DNA from: an uncultured Actinomycetota bacterium
GTDB taxonomy: Bacteria; Actinomycetota; Actinomycetes; Actinomycetales; CAVURS01
Assembly: GCA_963794535.1 (NCBI GenBank)
Contig: CAWCEI010000012.1
Coordinates: 56,238-120,237 of the forward strand
Direction of reading: 5' to 3'
Length of the DNA: 64,000 nt
This document shows, piece by piece, positions 29,071-40,599 of the stretch; positions within the stretch are counted from its first letter, which is position 1; every line of letters starts with the position of its first letter. The notes under the pieces are model-generated. The model saw only the letters and a list, made by a program, of their open reading frames with translations, was not told the origin of the DNA and did not search any database. The translations under genes were made by a program, and so were the position numbers.

Positions 29071-31813
29071 GTGGTCGGTCCGCTGCTCGAGAGCAAGTAC
29101 CGCATACCCAGCGGTCGCTCCGCGGACGTCGTACGACCGCGGTTGGCCGAGCGCTTGGACGGGACCGTGCGGCATGCGGTGACGCTCGTGTCGGCGCCGG
29201 CCGGCTTCGGCAAGACGACGGTGCTGGCCAACTGGCTGGCCGGCGCCGCGGCCGACCGGCCGCCGGTCGCCTGGGTGTCACTGGACCAGCGGGACAACGA
29301 CTCCGCGACGTTCTGGGCCTACGTCATCACCGCACTGCAGACCACGACGCCCGGCGTCGGCGCCGCAGCACTCGGGCTGCTCCAGACACCGCAGCAATCA
29401 CCACAGGCGGTCGTGTCGGCGCTGCTGACCGACCTGGACCGGCTGCCGACCGACGTGGTCCTCGTGCTGGACGACTACCACCTGATCGAGTCGAGCGACA
29501 TCCACGACAGCATGGCTTTCCTGCTCGAGCATCAGCCGCCGCGACTGCACCTCGTCATCGCGAGCCGGGCCGACCCGGGACTGGCGCTGGCCGGTCTGCG
29601 GGCCAGCGGCCAGCTGGTGGAGATCCGAGCGGCCGACCTGCGCTTCACCGCGGCGGAGGCTGCGGCCTATCTCAACGGGGCGATGGGGTTGGCCCTGACC
29701 GAGGACGACCTGAGCGCGCTCGACCGGCGTACCGAAGGCTGGATCGCCGCTCTCCAGCTGGCCGCACTGTCCATCCAAGGCCGCGACGATGCCAGCGCGT
29801 TCATCGCCGGCTTCGCGGGCGACGACCGCTACGTCGTCGACTATCTCGCCGAGCAGGTCCTCTCGCGGCAGACCCCGGAGGTGCGCGAGTTCCTGCTCGA
29901 GACGTCGATCCTGGACCGGTTGAGCGGACCGCTCTGCGATGCCGTGACCGGTCGAGCCGGCGGACGGGCGACGTTGCTGGCCCTCGAACGGGCCAACCTC
30001 TTCCTGGTCCCTCTCGACGACCGCCGCCAGTGGTGGCGCTACCACCACCTGTTCGCCGACGTGCTCCAGACCCATCTGGTCGAGGAGCGGGCCGACGCGG
30101 GCCTGCTGCTGCACCAGCGCGCGGCCGTCTGGTTCGAGCAGGAGGGCGACACCACGCAGGCCGTGCGGCACGCGATGGCAGCCCACGACTATGACCGGGC
30201 CGCCGGCCTGATGGAGCTGGCCATCCCGGCCTTGAGCCGCGAGCGCCGTGAGGCCGAGTTCCAGGGGTGGGTGCTGGCCCTGCCCGACGAGTACCTCGCG
30301 GTCCGGCCGGTCCTCGGCGTCGCCTTCGTCGGCGCCCTGGCCCAGGTGTCGGACTTCAGCACCGTCTCCGCACGCCTCGATGATGTGGAGCGGTCGCTGC
30401 GCGCCAGCCCCGACGACCCCTGGCCGGAACAGCCGCCGCCAGGCCTGGTCGTGGTCGACCCGAAGGGCTACGACCTGCTGCCGGCGACCATCAAGATGTA
30501 CCGGGCCGCCTTGGCTCTCGCCGCCGGCGACCTGGGCGCCACGGTCAGCAACGCGCGCGAGGCCATCGCCCTGGCGCCGCCGGATGACGACCTCATCCGG
30601 TCCGGGTCCGGGGCTCTTGCCGGCTTGGCCGCACTGACCGTCGGCGATCTCGAGGGTGCCGACACGGCGTACAGCACGACCGTGACCGGTCTGCGCCGGG
30701 CCGGGTTCATCTCCGACGTCCTGGGCTGCACCATCACCCTCGGCGACATCCGCCTGGTCCAGGGCCGGCTCGGCGACGCCCGGCGCACCTACGAGAAGGC
30801 GCTCGAGCAGACGGCTCTGCCACCGGGGATGCCAGCCTTGCGCGGGACGGCCGACATGCACGTCGGCATCGCCACGGTGTTGCTCGAGCAGGACGACCGC
30901 GCAGGCGCCGCCGAGCAGCTGGCCATCTGCCAGCGCCTCGGCGAGCACAACGGACTGCCCCAGAACGCCTACCGCTGGCGGGTGGCGATGTCCCGGCTGC
31001 TCGCGGCCGATGGCGACCTCGACGGCGCGCTCGACCTGGCCGATGCCGCCGACCGGCTGTATGTCGGCGACTACCAGCCCAACGTCCGGCCCGTCCCGGC
31101 AGTGCGGGCGCGACTGCACGTACGCCGCGGGGAGCTGGCGCCGGCCATGGCGTGGGCCCGGGAGAACGGGCTCTCGACCGACGACGAGCTGGCCTACATC
31201 CGCGAGTTCGAACACGTCACGCTTGCCCGACTCCTATTGGCCCAGCACGTCAACGGCCCCGACGGTCGGCGCGACGACGCCCCGTTGCGCGAGGCGACCG
31301 GCCTGCTCGAACGACTGCTGCTGGCGGCCGAGGCCGGCGGGCGGGGCGGCACCGTCATCGAGCTCCTCGTGCTGCTGTCGCAGGCCCACCAGCTGCGCCG
31401 GGACATCCCGGCCGCGCTCGGCGGTGCTGCAGCGCGCGGTGGAGCTGGCGGAGGTCGAGGGCTACGTGCGGGTCTTCGCGGACGAAGGGCCGCCGATGAC
31501 CTGGCTGCTCAACGCGCTCGCGAAACAGACCGGCGGCACGGCCTATCTCCGCCGGCTGACGGCCGCGTCGACCGGACCGCAGCAGCAGGACCAGCGCGCG
31601 GGCGAGCCGACGGCCTTGGTCGCGCCGCTGAGCGAACGCGAGCTGGATGTGCTGCGCCTGCTCGGCTCGGACCTCAGCGGCCCACACATCGCGCGGGAGC
31701 TCTCGGTGTCCCTCAACACGTTGCGGACGCACACCAAGAGCATCTACGCCAAGCTCGGCGTCAGCAGCCGCCGAGCCGCGGTCCGCCAAGGCGCCGCCCT
31801 CAACCTGCTGTGA
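29071..31813 (+). CDS. MalT-like LuxR (LAL/STAND) regulator (frameshift near 31420)
   Basis: APAGFGKT, LVLDDYH, TEGW, YHHLF; LSERELDVL...SLNTLRTH HTH in a shifted frame. Confidence 0.92.
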
Positions 31814-31829
31814 GCGAACGCGGAGGACC

Positions 31830-31870
31830 GCGGCCCCTTTAGACCCCCTGGAGGGGTCCGAAGGGGCCGC
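31830..31870. terminator. 41-nt GC hairpin after the MalT-like gene
   Basis: GCGGCCCCTTTAGACCCC...GGGGTCCGAAGGGGCCGC. Confidence 0.65.
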
Positions 31871-31880
31871 GCTCTTCAGA

Positions 31881-31913
31881 ATCACCACATGTGGTGATGC
31901 CCACTCACCACAT
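31881..31913. promoter_or_regulatory. Perfect 18-bp palindrome plus extra half-site (candidate operator)
   Basis: ATCACCACATGTGGTGAT at 31881-31898; TCACCACAT again at 31905-31913. Confidence 0.7.
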
Positions 31914-31932
31914 CCGCTCCTACCTTGCGGCC

Positions 31933-32173
31933 ATGAGCACCAGGTCAGAGCGTCCCGCAGACCAGCCCGGTTGGTACGAGATCCGCCTCACGGGGCAGCT
32001 CGCACCGCGCTGGCAGGCGCGCTTCGACGGCATGACCCTCACCGCCCAGCCCGACGGCACCACCCTCATCGAGGGACTCGTCGTCGACCAGGCAGCCCTG
32101 CACGGCTTGCTGCGCACGTTGCGCGACATCGGTCTCCCGCTGGTCTCCGTGACCCGCGCCGACCCCGGCTTAA
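31933..32173 (+). CDS. Small protein with possible ACT/ferredoxin-like fold
   Basis: YEIRLTGQL...GLVVDQAALHGLLRTLRDIGLPLVSV; reads in frame into the MMPL gene here, but an off-frame TAA and a separate RBS suggest an independent gene; end approximate. Confidence 0.7.
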
Positions 32174-32193
32174 CCCTCAACAAGGAGTCCCTC

Positions 32194-34360
32194 ATGGAGC
32201 GTCTCGCCCGGCTCGTCATGCACCACCGTCGGATCGTCAGCGCCGTCTGGCTCGCGCTGTTCGTCGGCGGCCTGTTCGCCTCCACCCAGCTGGCCCACCG
32301 GTGGGCCTACGACTTCTCGCTGCCCGGCCAGCCCGGCGACCAGGCCGAGCACCAGCTGCTCGACACCTACGGCGTCAGCTCGACGAACACCTACATCGCG
32401 CTCGTCACCGTCCCGAAGGGCCAGAGCGTCGACGCGAACGCGAGCGCCGTGGGCAAGGTCTTCGCGTCAGCCGTGGCGGCGGTCCCCGACGTCAAGCTTC
32501 GGGTCGTCGACCTGGCCAGCACTGGCGACTCCAGCTTCGTCACGAAAGACGGCCGGACGGCGTACGCCCTGATCCAGGCACCGGTGGCCCAGACGATGGG
32601 GGCCTACATCGAAGCCCAGCTCGACCCGGCACTGGCCAAAGCGGCTGCGGCACAAGGGTTCGACAGCGGACTGACCGGCTATGGCCTGCTCGCGGCTGGT
32701 GGCGACACCGGTGGCACCGGCGTACTGGTCGAGGTGCTGCTGGCCGGCGCGGCCGCACTTCTGGTCCTGCTCTTCGTCTTCGCGTCGTTCCTGGCGCTGC
32801 TGCCACTGCTGATCGCCGCCGTATCCATCCTGACGACCTTCATGCTGGTGCTGGTCCTGACGACCTTCACCGACGTCAGCATCATCGTGCAGTTCCTGAT
32901 CGCCCTCATCGGCCTCGGGGTCGCGATCGACTACTCGCTGCTCCTGGTCTCGCGGTGGCGGGAGGAACGCGCCCACGGCCGCACCAACGAGGAAGCTGTC
33001 GTGGTCGCGATGAAGACGGCCGGCCACGCCGTCGTCGCCTCCGGCGTCACCGTCGCGATCAGCCTGCTCGCGCTGCTCGTCGTACCGGTCCCGGCCCTGC
33101 GCAGCGTCGGCCTCGCCGGCCTGCTGATCGCCCTGGTGAGCGTGTCCGCGGTCGTGACCCTGCTGCCGGCACTGCTGTCGAGCATCGGGCCGCGCGTGGA
33201 CTATCCCGCGAATCCGCCACGAGGGCAAGGCATCCCGCGGCTGGACGGCGTGGGCCCGGACGGTCGTCAAGCACCGCGTCATCGCCACGGCCGCGGCCGG
33301 GGTCGTGCTCGCCCTGCTCATCATCCCGGTGTTCAGCCTCAAGATCGGGCAGACCGGCATCGCGTCGCTGGCCACCAGTGGCCCGAGGTACGACGCGCTG
33401 CAGACCCTGACCCACGGCGGTGTCGGGACCGGGGTCCTGACCCCGATCGAGGTGCTCGTCCCGGCGAACAAGGCCGCACAGGCCGCCGAGGCTGCCGCCG
33501 CGGTCAAGGGCGTCCAGCTGGCCGTCGTCGGGACCACCACCGATGACACCGCCGTCGTCGACGTCCTGCCCGTCGACGCCACGGTCGACAACACCAGCTC
33601 GGCCCTCGTCGACCAGGTCCGAACGGCCGTCGAGGACTCGGTCGGCGCCAAGGTCGGCGTGACCGGTGTGGGGGCCAGCGTCGGCGACTACCTGAGCGCG
33701 GTCTACGACCGGCTGCCCTACGTCCTGGCGCCTGATCGCGCTGATCACGTTCGTGCTGCTGGTCCGCACCTTCCGGTCCGTGCTGCTGCCGCTGAAGGCC
33801 GTGCTGCTCAACCTGATCTCCATGTCGGCCGTCTTCGGCTCCGTGGTGTTCTTCTGGCAGCTCGGCCACGGCTCGGGAGCGATCTTCGACGTCCCGGCCA
33901 CGGGCACGATCAACAACTGGCTCCCGGTCGTGATCTTCGCTTTCCTCTTCGGGCTCTCGATGGACTACGAGGTCTTCATCCTGTCCCGGATGCGCGAGGA
34001 GTACGACCGCACCGGCGACACCGCCGCGGCCGTCGTCACCGGGATCGGCCGGACCGGCCGGCTGGTCACCTCAGCGGCCCTGATCCTGTTCTTCGCCTTC
34101 TCCGCCCTTGCCTCCTCACCCGGGACAGATGGCAAGATCATCGGTACGGCGCTCGGGGTCGGCATCCTGATCGACGCGACCATCGTCCGCGCCCTCCTGG
34201 TCCCCGCACTGGTCAGCCTGTTCGGCCGCTGGAACTGGTGGCTGCCCACCTGGCTCGCCCGGGCCCTGTTCGTCCAGCCGTCGCCCCTCCAGCGCCGGTC
34301 GGACGAGGGCTCCCTTCGCCGGAGCCGGAGCCGGAGAAGATCTCAGTCGGCGTCGGCTGA
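32194..34360 (+). CDS. MMPL/RND family transporter (frameshifted)
   Basis: AAGGAG RBS; GLGVAIDYSLL and FGLSMDYEVF motifs. Confidence 0.92.
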
Positions 34361-34417
34361 ACCCGTTGCCCGAAACCTACGAAGCCCAACGAGACCCACG
34401 AGAGAGGAACTGAGCCG

Positions 34418-35051
34418 ATGGACAGCTATCCCGTCACCTTCTCGGTCGACTACCCGGACCGCGCCCTCAACCGACTCACGACCGCCCTGCGGATCTTCAC
34501 GATCATCCCGATCCTGATCGTCTTCGCCAGCATCGGCGGCTATGGCAGTGGCAGCAACGCGGCCCATCACTCGAGCAGCACCGTCATTGCGGTCGGGGGC
34601 ACGGGACTGCTGTTCCTGCCGCCCCTGCTGATGATCGTGTTCCGGCAGAAGTACCCGCGCTGGTGGTTCGACTGGAACCTCGAGCTGCTGCGCTTCACCA
34701 ACCGCGTCGGGGTCTACTTCGCCCTGATGGACGACCGCTACCCCTCGACCGACGACCACCAGTCCGTGCACCTGGACTTCGCCTACCCCGATGCCCAACA
34801 GGGGCTGAACCGGTGGCTGCCGATGGTCAAGTGGTTCCTCGCGATCCCGCACTACGTCGTCCTGTTCTTCCTCTACATCGGCGCGATCTTCGCCGGCGAT
34901 CGCCGCCTGGTTCGCGATCGTCTTCACCGGCCGCTACCCGCGCGGGCTGTTCAGCTACATCGAGGGCGTGATCCGTTGGCACAACCGGGTCGTCGGCTAC
35001 GCCTTCATCCTGGTCACGGACGAGTACCCGCCGTTCCGACTGACCGCCTGA
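34418..35051 (+). CDS. DUF4389-like membrane protein (frameshifted)
   Basis: Two repeats LNRL...KYPRWWF and LNRWLP..KW.LAIPH...TDEYPPF. Confidence 0.8.
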
Positions 35052-35071
35052 ACCACCACGCCGTACGGCGC

Positions 35072-35112
35072 GCGGCCCCGATCCGCCCATCTCCTGGGCG
35101 GATCGGGGCCGC
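35072..35112. terminator. Perfect 18-bp-stem hairpin between convergent genes
   Basis: GCGGCCCCGATCCGCCCA-TCTCC-TGGGCGGATCGGGGCCGC. Confidence 0.8.
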
Positions 35113-35129
35113 CGGTCTTGGTCCGCGCT

Positions 35130-35518
35130 TCAGGCCAGGCCCGTGACCGACTCGACGTCGAACACGCAGAACTCGTTGCCCTCGGGATCCTGCATGACCG
35201 CCCAGGTATCGGGGTTCGCCAGCGTCACCGGATCCTGGCGCAGGTCGAACGAGCTTCGCTCCCGAAGCAACGAGTTTGGCGACCCCGGCCTCGAGCGACT
35301 CATCGACGGTGACGTCGATGTGCAGCCGGTTCTTCCCCGTTTTCGGCTCGGGGACGTTCATGAAGTAGAGCGGGGTGCGACCGCTGCTCGGGTGGCTGAC
35401 CTCGTACTCATCCGGTGTTGCGCTCCGACACCTCATGGCCGAGGACGGTCGCCCACCACGTGGCCTGCGCCAAGGAGTCGCGGCAGTCCACGACGATGGC
35501 CAACAGCGAGGTCGCCAT
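35130..35518 (-). CDS. VOC family protein (frameshifted)
   Basis: IVVDC, VPEPKTGKNRLHID, MQDPEGNEFC. Confidence 0.85.
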
Positions 35519-35579
35519 GGGTGCATGGTAGTCTGTGCGACGCTCGACCCCAACGACGACGACTCGGGAGCGAACGCTC

Positions 35580-35912
35580 ATGCAGAAGCAGTCACTGACG
35601 GCCTTGGTTCGCCACCACCTCCAGCTGGCCCAGCAGGCCAGCAGCGGTCGCAGTGCCGAGACCGTGTACGGCGGTCACGAGCACCGACTTCGGCAGACCC
35701 TGATCGCCATGGTGGGGGGCAACTCGCTCGCCGAACACGACAGCCCGGGCGAGGCGACGGTGCACGTCCTGCAGGGCCGGGTCCGCCTGGTCGCCGGCGA
35801 CGTCTCGTGGAACGGGTCGCCCGGCGACCTGTTGACCGTTCCTGGCTCCCGGCACAGTCTCGAGGCCGTCGAGACCTCAGTCATCCTGCTGACGGTCGCC
35901 CAGCGCGACTAG
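35580..35912 (+). CDS. Cupin domain protein
   Basis: LRQTLIA, LAEHDSPGEATVHVLQG, RHSLEA. Confidence 0.85.
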   Translation: MQKQSLTALVRHHLQLAQQASSGRSAETVYGGHEHRLRQTLIAMVGGNSLAEHDSPGEATVHVLQGRVRLVAGDVSWNGSPGDLLTVPGSRHSLEAVETSVILLTVAQRD

Positions 35913-35927
35913 CCACGCGCAGCCCAA

Positions 35928-35943
35928 GTAGGGCTAGCGCTAC
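35928..35943. promoter_or_regulatory. Palindromic regulator site upstream of the ABC operon
   Basis: GTAGGGCTAGCGCTAC near-perfect palindrome about 100 nt before the ATPase start. Confidence 0.55.
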
Positions 35944-36046
35944 CCCCGGTCTTGACGGCACCCGGAGTGATCCGCGCGCTCCGGCTGCCTACGGTCGAAA
36001 GTACGGCGCGTTCGTCGCCGGAACCTGACCGAAGGAGGGCAGAACC

Positions 36047-36813
36047 GTGGCCCGGCGAGCTGCCACGACCCCGTCGACGTACTGCGTCGAGCTGAGAAAC
36101 GTCCACAAGAGCTTCGGCACACGCAGCCAGGTCGTCCACGCGCTGCGCGGAGTATCGGTCGCCATCCCGCGGCGGACCTTCGTCGCTGTGATGGGGCCGT
36201 CCGGATCCGGGCAAGAGCACGTTCCTGCACTGTGCCGCGGGACTGGACCGCCCGACGTCGGGTGACGTCCGCCTCGACGGCCAGGAGATCAGCGCCCTCA
36301 GTGAGCCCGAGCTGACCGAGCTGCGCCGCGAGCGCGTCGGCTTCGTCTTCCAGTCCTTCAACCTCGTCGGCGCCCTGACGGTGACGCAGAACGTGACCCT
36401 CCCCCTGCGGCTCGCCGGCCGGCGCCCGGACCGGGCCTGGCTGGGTCAGGTGATCCTCCGGGTCGGACTCGCCGACCGGGTTCAAGCACCGGCCGGGCCA
36501 GCTCTCCGGCGGCCAGCAGCAACGCGTCGCCATCGCCCGGGCTCTCGTGGCCCGGCCCTCGGTGCTGTTCGCCGACGAGCCGACCGGTGCCCTGGACAGC
36601 GAGTCCGGTGCCGAGGTGCTCCGGTTGTTGCGCGCGGCGGTGGACGACGTCGGCCAGTCCGTTGTGATGGTCACGCACGACGCCGTGGCGGCCAGCTATG
36701 CCGACAGCGTCCTGTTCCTGGCCGACGGGCGGCTGGTGGACCAGCTGGACCAGCCCACGCATCCGCAGGTCATGGCCCGGCTGGCGGCGCTGCGCCCGCC
36801 GGCGGCGTCGTGA
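36047..36813 (+). CDS. ABC transporter ATP-binding protein, LolD/MacB-like (frameshifted)
   Basis: [31 protein letters not shown]. Confidence 0.92.
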
Positions 36814-39328
36814 CCGGTCGGCTCGCCCTCTCGACTCTGCGGTCCCGGGTGGGCAGCTTCGTGGCCGCGTTCGTCGCGCTCCTCGCGGCGGCCGCGTTGG
36901 TCGCTGCCTGCGGGCTCCTGCTTCAGACCGGGCTCGCCGGCCGGGTCGCGACCGAGCGGTACGCCGCGTCGCCGGTCGTCGTCGCCGCCAGCCAGTCGGT
37001 GCACTTCACCAAGGCCAACGGGAAGCACAAGGCCAAGCCGCTGGCCGACCACGCCTGGCTCGACGAGTCGGTGCTCGACCGGTTAGACGGCCGGCCGGCC
37101 GCCACTGGCGCCATCAGCGAGCTGACGTTCACCGCAACGGTCCTGACCAGTCAGGGCCTGACGGTCAGCGACCCCGACCGGAGGCCGTCATGGGGCCACG
37201 GGTGGTCGTCCGCCGCGCTGGCCCCCCTCGTCATCGGCAGCGGCCGCGCGCCCCACGAACCCGCAGACCTGGTGGTCGACCGTCAGCTGGCTGCGTCGGC
37301 CCGACTGCACGTCGGAGACACCGCGCGGGTGCAGACCGCCGCCGGAGTCGCGACGTACACCGTCGTCGGCATCACCGACCGCGCCCTGCCGAACCAGACC
37401 AGTCTGTTCTTCGCCGATGCGACCGCTCGCCGGCTGGCCGGGCATCCGGGCCAGCTCTACGCCGTGGGTCTGCCACGGGCCCGGCCCGCCGAAGCCGCCG
37501 GGCTGCGGGCGGCCCTCGCCGGCAGCGGGGCCATCGTTGCGACGGGAGCCGACCGCGGCCTGGTCGAGTTCACCGGTGCCGCCCGCGCCAAGACCACATT
37601 GATCAGCGTGTCCGGCGTGCTCGGCGCCACGTCATTGCTGGTCGCCGTCCTCGTCGTCACCGGCACGTTCGCGCTGTCGGTCGGACAGCGCCGGCGCGAG
37701 ATCGCCCTGCTCCGGGCCATCGGCGCCACCCCCCGTCAGGTCCGGCGGATGATCGGGCGGGAGGCTGCGGTGATCGGGCTGCTCGCTGGGTTGCCCGGCG
37801 CCTTCGCCGGGATCCCGCTGGCCTCGTGGCTGCGCTCGCGGTTCATCGCGTACGACGTGATGCCGCGCGAGCTCGGCCTCGTTGTCGGCCCGGCACCGAT
37901 CGCCGCCGGCCTGGCCGTGACCGTGCTCGGGGCCTGGGTCGCGGCCCGGGTCTCGGCTCGGCGGGCCAGCCGGATCCACCCGGTGCAGGCACTGACCGAG
38001 GCCGCCGTCGAACCGGCTCGGCTCGGCGTCGTGCGACTGGCGGCCGGGCTGCTGGCCACAGGCGGGTACGCCGCGCTGCTCGGTGTCCTCGGTCATCTGC
38101 ACTCCGACCCGGCCGCCAGCCCAGTGACCCTCCTGTGCGCAGTCATCGCCGTCATCGCGGTCGCCCTGCTCGGCCCGGTCATCGCCCGGGTCTCCACCGA
38201 GCTGCTCGGCCGGTTGCTGCAGTTGGGCTTCCGACGGATCGGGTTCCTGGCTACCGCGAACAACCGCACCAACGTCAAGCGGGTCGCCGCCGTGATCACG
38301 CCGATCACCCTCGGCTCACGCTCGCGGCAACGATTCTGTTCTCTCCCACCACGATTCAGCATGCAGCTGCGGCGCAACGAGACGCCGGGACGCGAGCTGA
38401 CGCGGTGATCGTCCCGACCGGTGCGGGTCTGCCGGCTGACTTTGTCTCGGCGGCGCGAGCAGCGCCCGGTGTGACGACCGCCACCGCGGAGCTGGGCACG
38501 ACCATCCGGCTCGGCGCGAACAAGTACCCGGCCTTGGGCGTCACCTCGGCCGGGCTGGAGCAGACGCTCGACCCGCACGTCCGACAGGGCTCGATCGCGC
38601 AGCTGGCCGACGGTGGCGTCGCGCTGTCCGCGCTCGCGGCCGGTCAGCGCCGTACGCACGTCGGAGACCGCGTCACTGTGACTCTCGGCGACGGCAGCAC
38701 CGCCCGTCTGACGGTCGCGGCCATCTACGAGCGCGGGTTGGGGTTCACCGACGCGCTTCTGCCGTTGGACCTGGTCCTGCGCCACGTGGACGTACCGCTC
38801 GCCTCTGCGGTGCTCGTTCGCGGCGGGACTCCCGCAACCCTCGTCGCGGCCCTGCACGGTGAGTCCGGCGCGCACGTCGTCAGCGCTGACGGCTATCAAG
38901 CCGAAGTCGTTGCGGCGCAGACCAATGCGGCGCTCGTTGGCTACCTCGCCATGGGCTTGATCCTCGCCTTCGCCGCGATCGCGATCATGAACACCCTGGC
39001 GATGGCGACCACTGCTCGTTCCCGCGAGTTCGTGACCCTGCGGCTCACCGGCATGAAGCGCCGACAGGTCCGGAGCATGCTCCGGCTGGAGACGGCCGCC
39101 GTGGTACTAACCGCGCTGGCGCTCGGTGCGTTTCTGGGCGGCTGCGTGCTGGCGGCGTACAGCGACGGAATGACACCCGGCCACTCGCCGTACGCGCCGC
39201 TGTTCTGGTGCGCGGGGATCGTTGCGGTGACCCTGGTGCTGGTCGGCACGGCAACCGCATTGGCAGCGAGTCAGGCGCTGCGCACCGACCCGGCCGGCCA
39301 GCTCGGGGAGCCGGCGACCGTTGGCTAG
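36810..39328 (+). CDS. FtsX-like ABC permease (one frameshift)
   Basis: Two FtsX halves: RRREIALLRAIGAT and RSREFVTLRLTG. Confidence 0.9.
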
Positions 39329-40552
39329 GCGGCCGCGAGCTGCGGGCCGAGGTCGAGTTGCGTTGCCGGAGAGCGGTCCAGTTCGGGGGTGCGCGTCTCC
39401 CGCATTGCCATGAGAAGCGCGGGGACCATGACGGCGGCGGTGACCAGGAAGGCGACCGAGTAGCCGGTCGAGGCGATCAGCAATCCGACCCCGATCGCGC
39501 CGACCGCCATGCCCATGTCGTACGCAGCGTTCCAGATCGCACTCACAGTGCTGTACGCCGCAGCCTCGGTCCGGGCGTACATCAGGCTGAGCGACGCGTT
39601 CTGCAGGACGCCGAAGCCCGTGCCGAAGGCCACTGCGCCGAGCAGCACCAGGATCGGCGACTCGGTAACAGCCATGGCCGCCATGCCCAGGATGGACAGC
39701 ACGACGCCGGGCACCAGCAGCCGGCTCTGGCCGCGGCGGTCACCGAGCCGCCCGGCGAACCAACGGCCCAGGTCGAGGCGGTCGGCTGGAGCAGCAGTGC
39801 CAGCGGCGCGACCCACACGGCGTGGTGACCGATGGCCAGGGGCAGGTAGGTCACGACCACACCGGCCGCTGACGCCGAGGCGGCGAAGATCGTGGCCGGG
39901 CGCATCAGCGCGCCGTTGCGCAGGCCGGCGAGGACGCCATGAGCGGACTCACCGGAGTCCGCCGCCTTGGGCAGTCCGGGCAGGGTCGGCAGGGCCAGCA
40001 GCGGCGCGATGGCGGTGGCTGCGAAGACGACACCGAAGCCCCAGCGGTCGGCGGCCCAGACGCCCAGCGGGAGGGCGACCAACGACGGCAGGCCGCCCAC
40101 CAGACCGACGATCGCGAGCCCCTCGCCGCGCCGCTGCGCCGGGATGAGCATCGCCGTCAAGGCACCGCCGGCCACGACCGAGATCGCGAAGCCAGACCGC
40201 GCAGCGCACTGGACACGAACAGCACGGGCAACCCGGTCGACACCATGAGCAGGAGGGCGGGCGAGCCCAACAGGACCAGGCCGATGGCCAGGGTCCAGCG
40301 ATAGCCCAGGCGCCCGACGACCCGCGGCGTCACGAGCTCACCCATGACGGTGGCCACCAGGAGGGCGCCGTTCGCCAACCCGGCCGACCCGGGGGCGCCG
40401 TTGGCGTCGGCGAAGACCGGGACCACGGCCAGCGGCAGGTAGAAGCCGACCGAGGAGGCCACGATCGAGACGAACCGCAGCACGAGCGCGCGGCTGAGGA
40501 TGCCGGACTGCGCGGGCTGCACGGCGGGCGTGAGGTGCATCGATGTGCTCAT
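39325..40552 (-). CDS. MFS transporter (frameshifted)
   Basis: Hydrophobic segments over three frames; RRGEGL, SAIWNAAYD. Confidence 0.85.
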
Positions 40553-40571
40553 GAAAACGACGCTAGGGGCC

Positions 40572-40597
40572 AAGCGGACCGCTGATAAGGTCCACTT
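40572..40597. promoter_or_regulatory. Candidate MocR operator
   Basis: AAGCGGACC-N8-GGTCCACTT inverted repeat in the 47-nt divergent gap. Confidence 0.55.
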
Positions 40598-40599
40598 TT

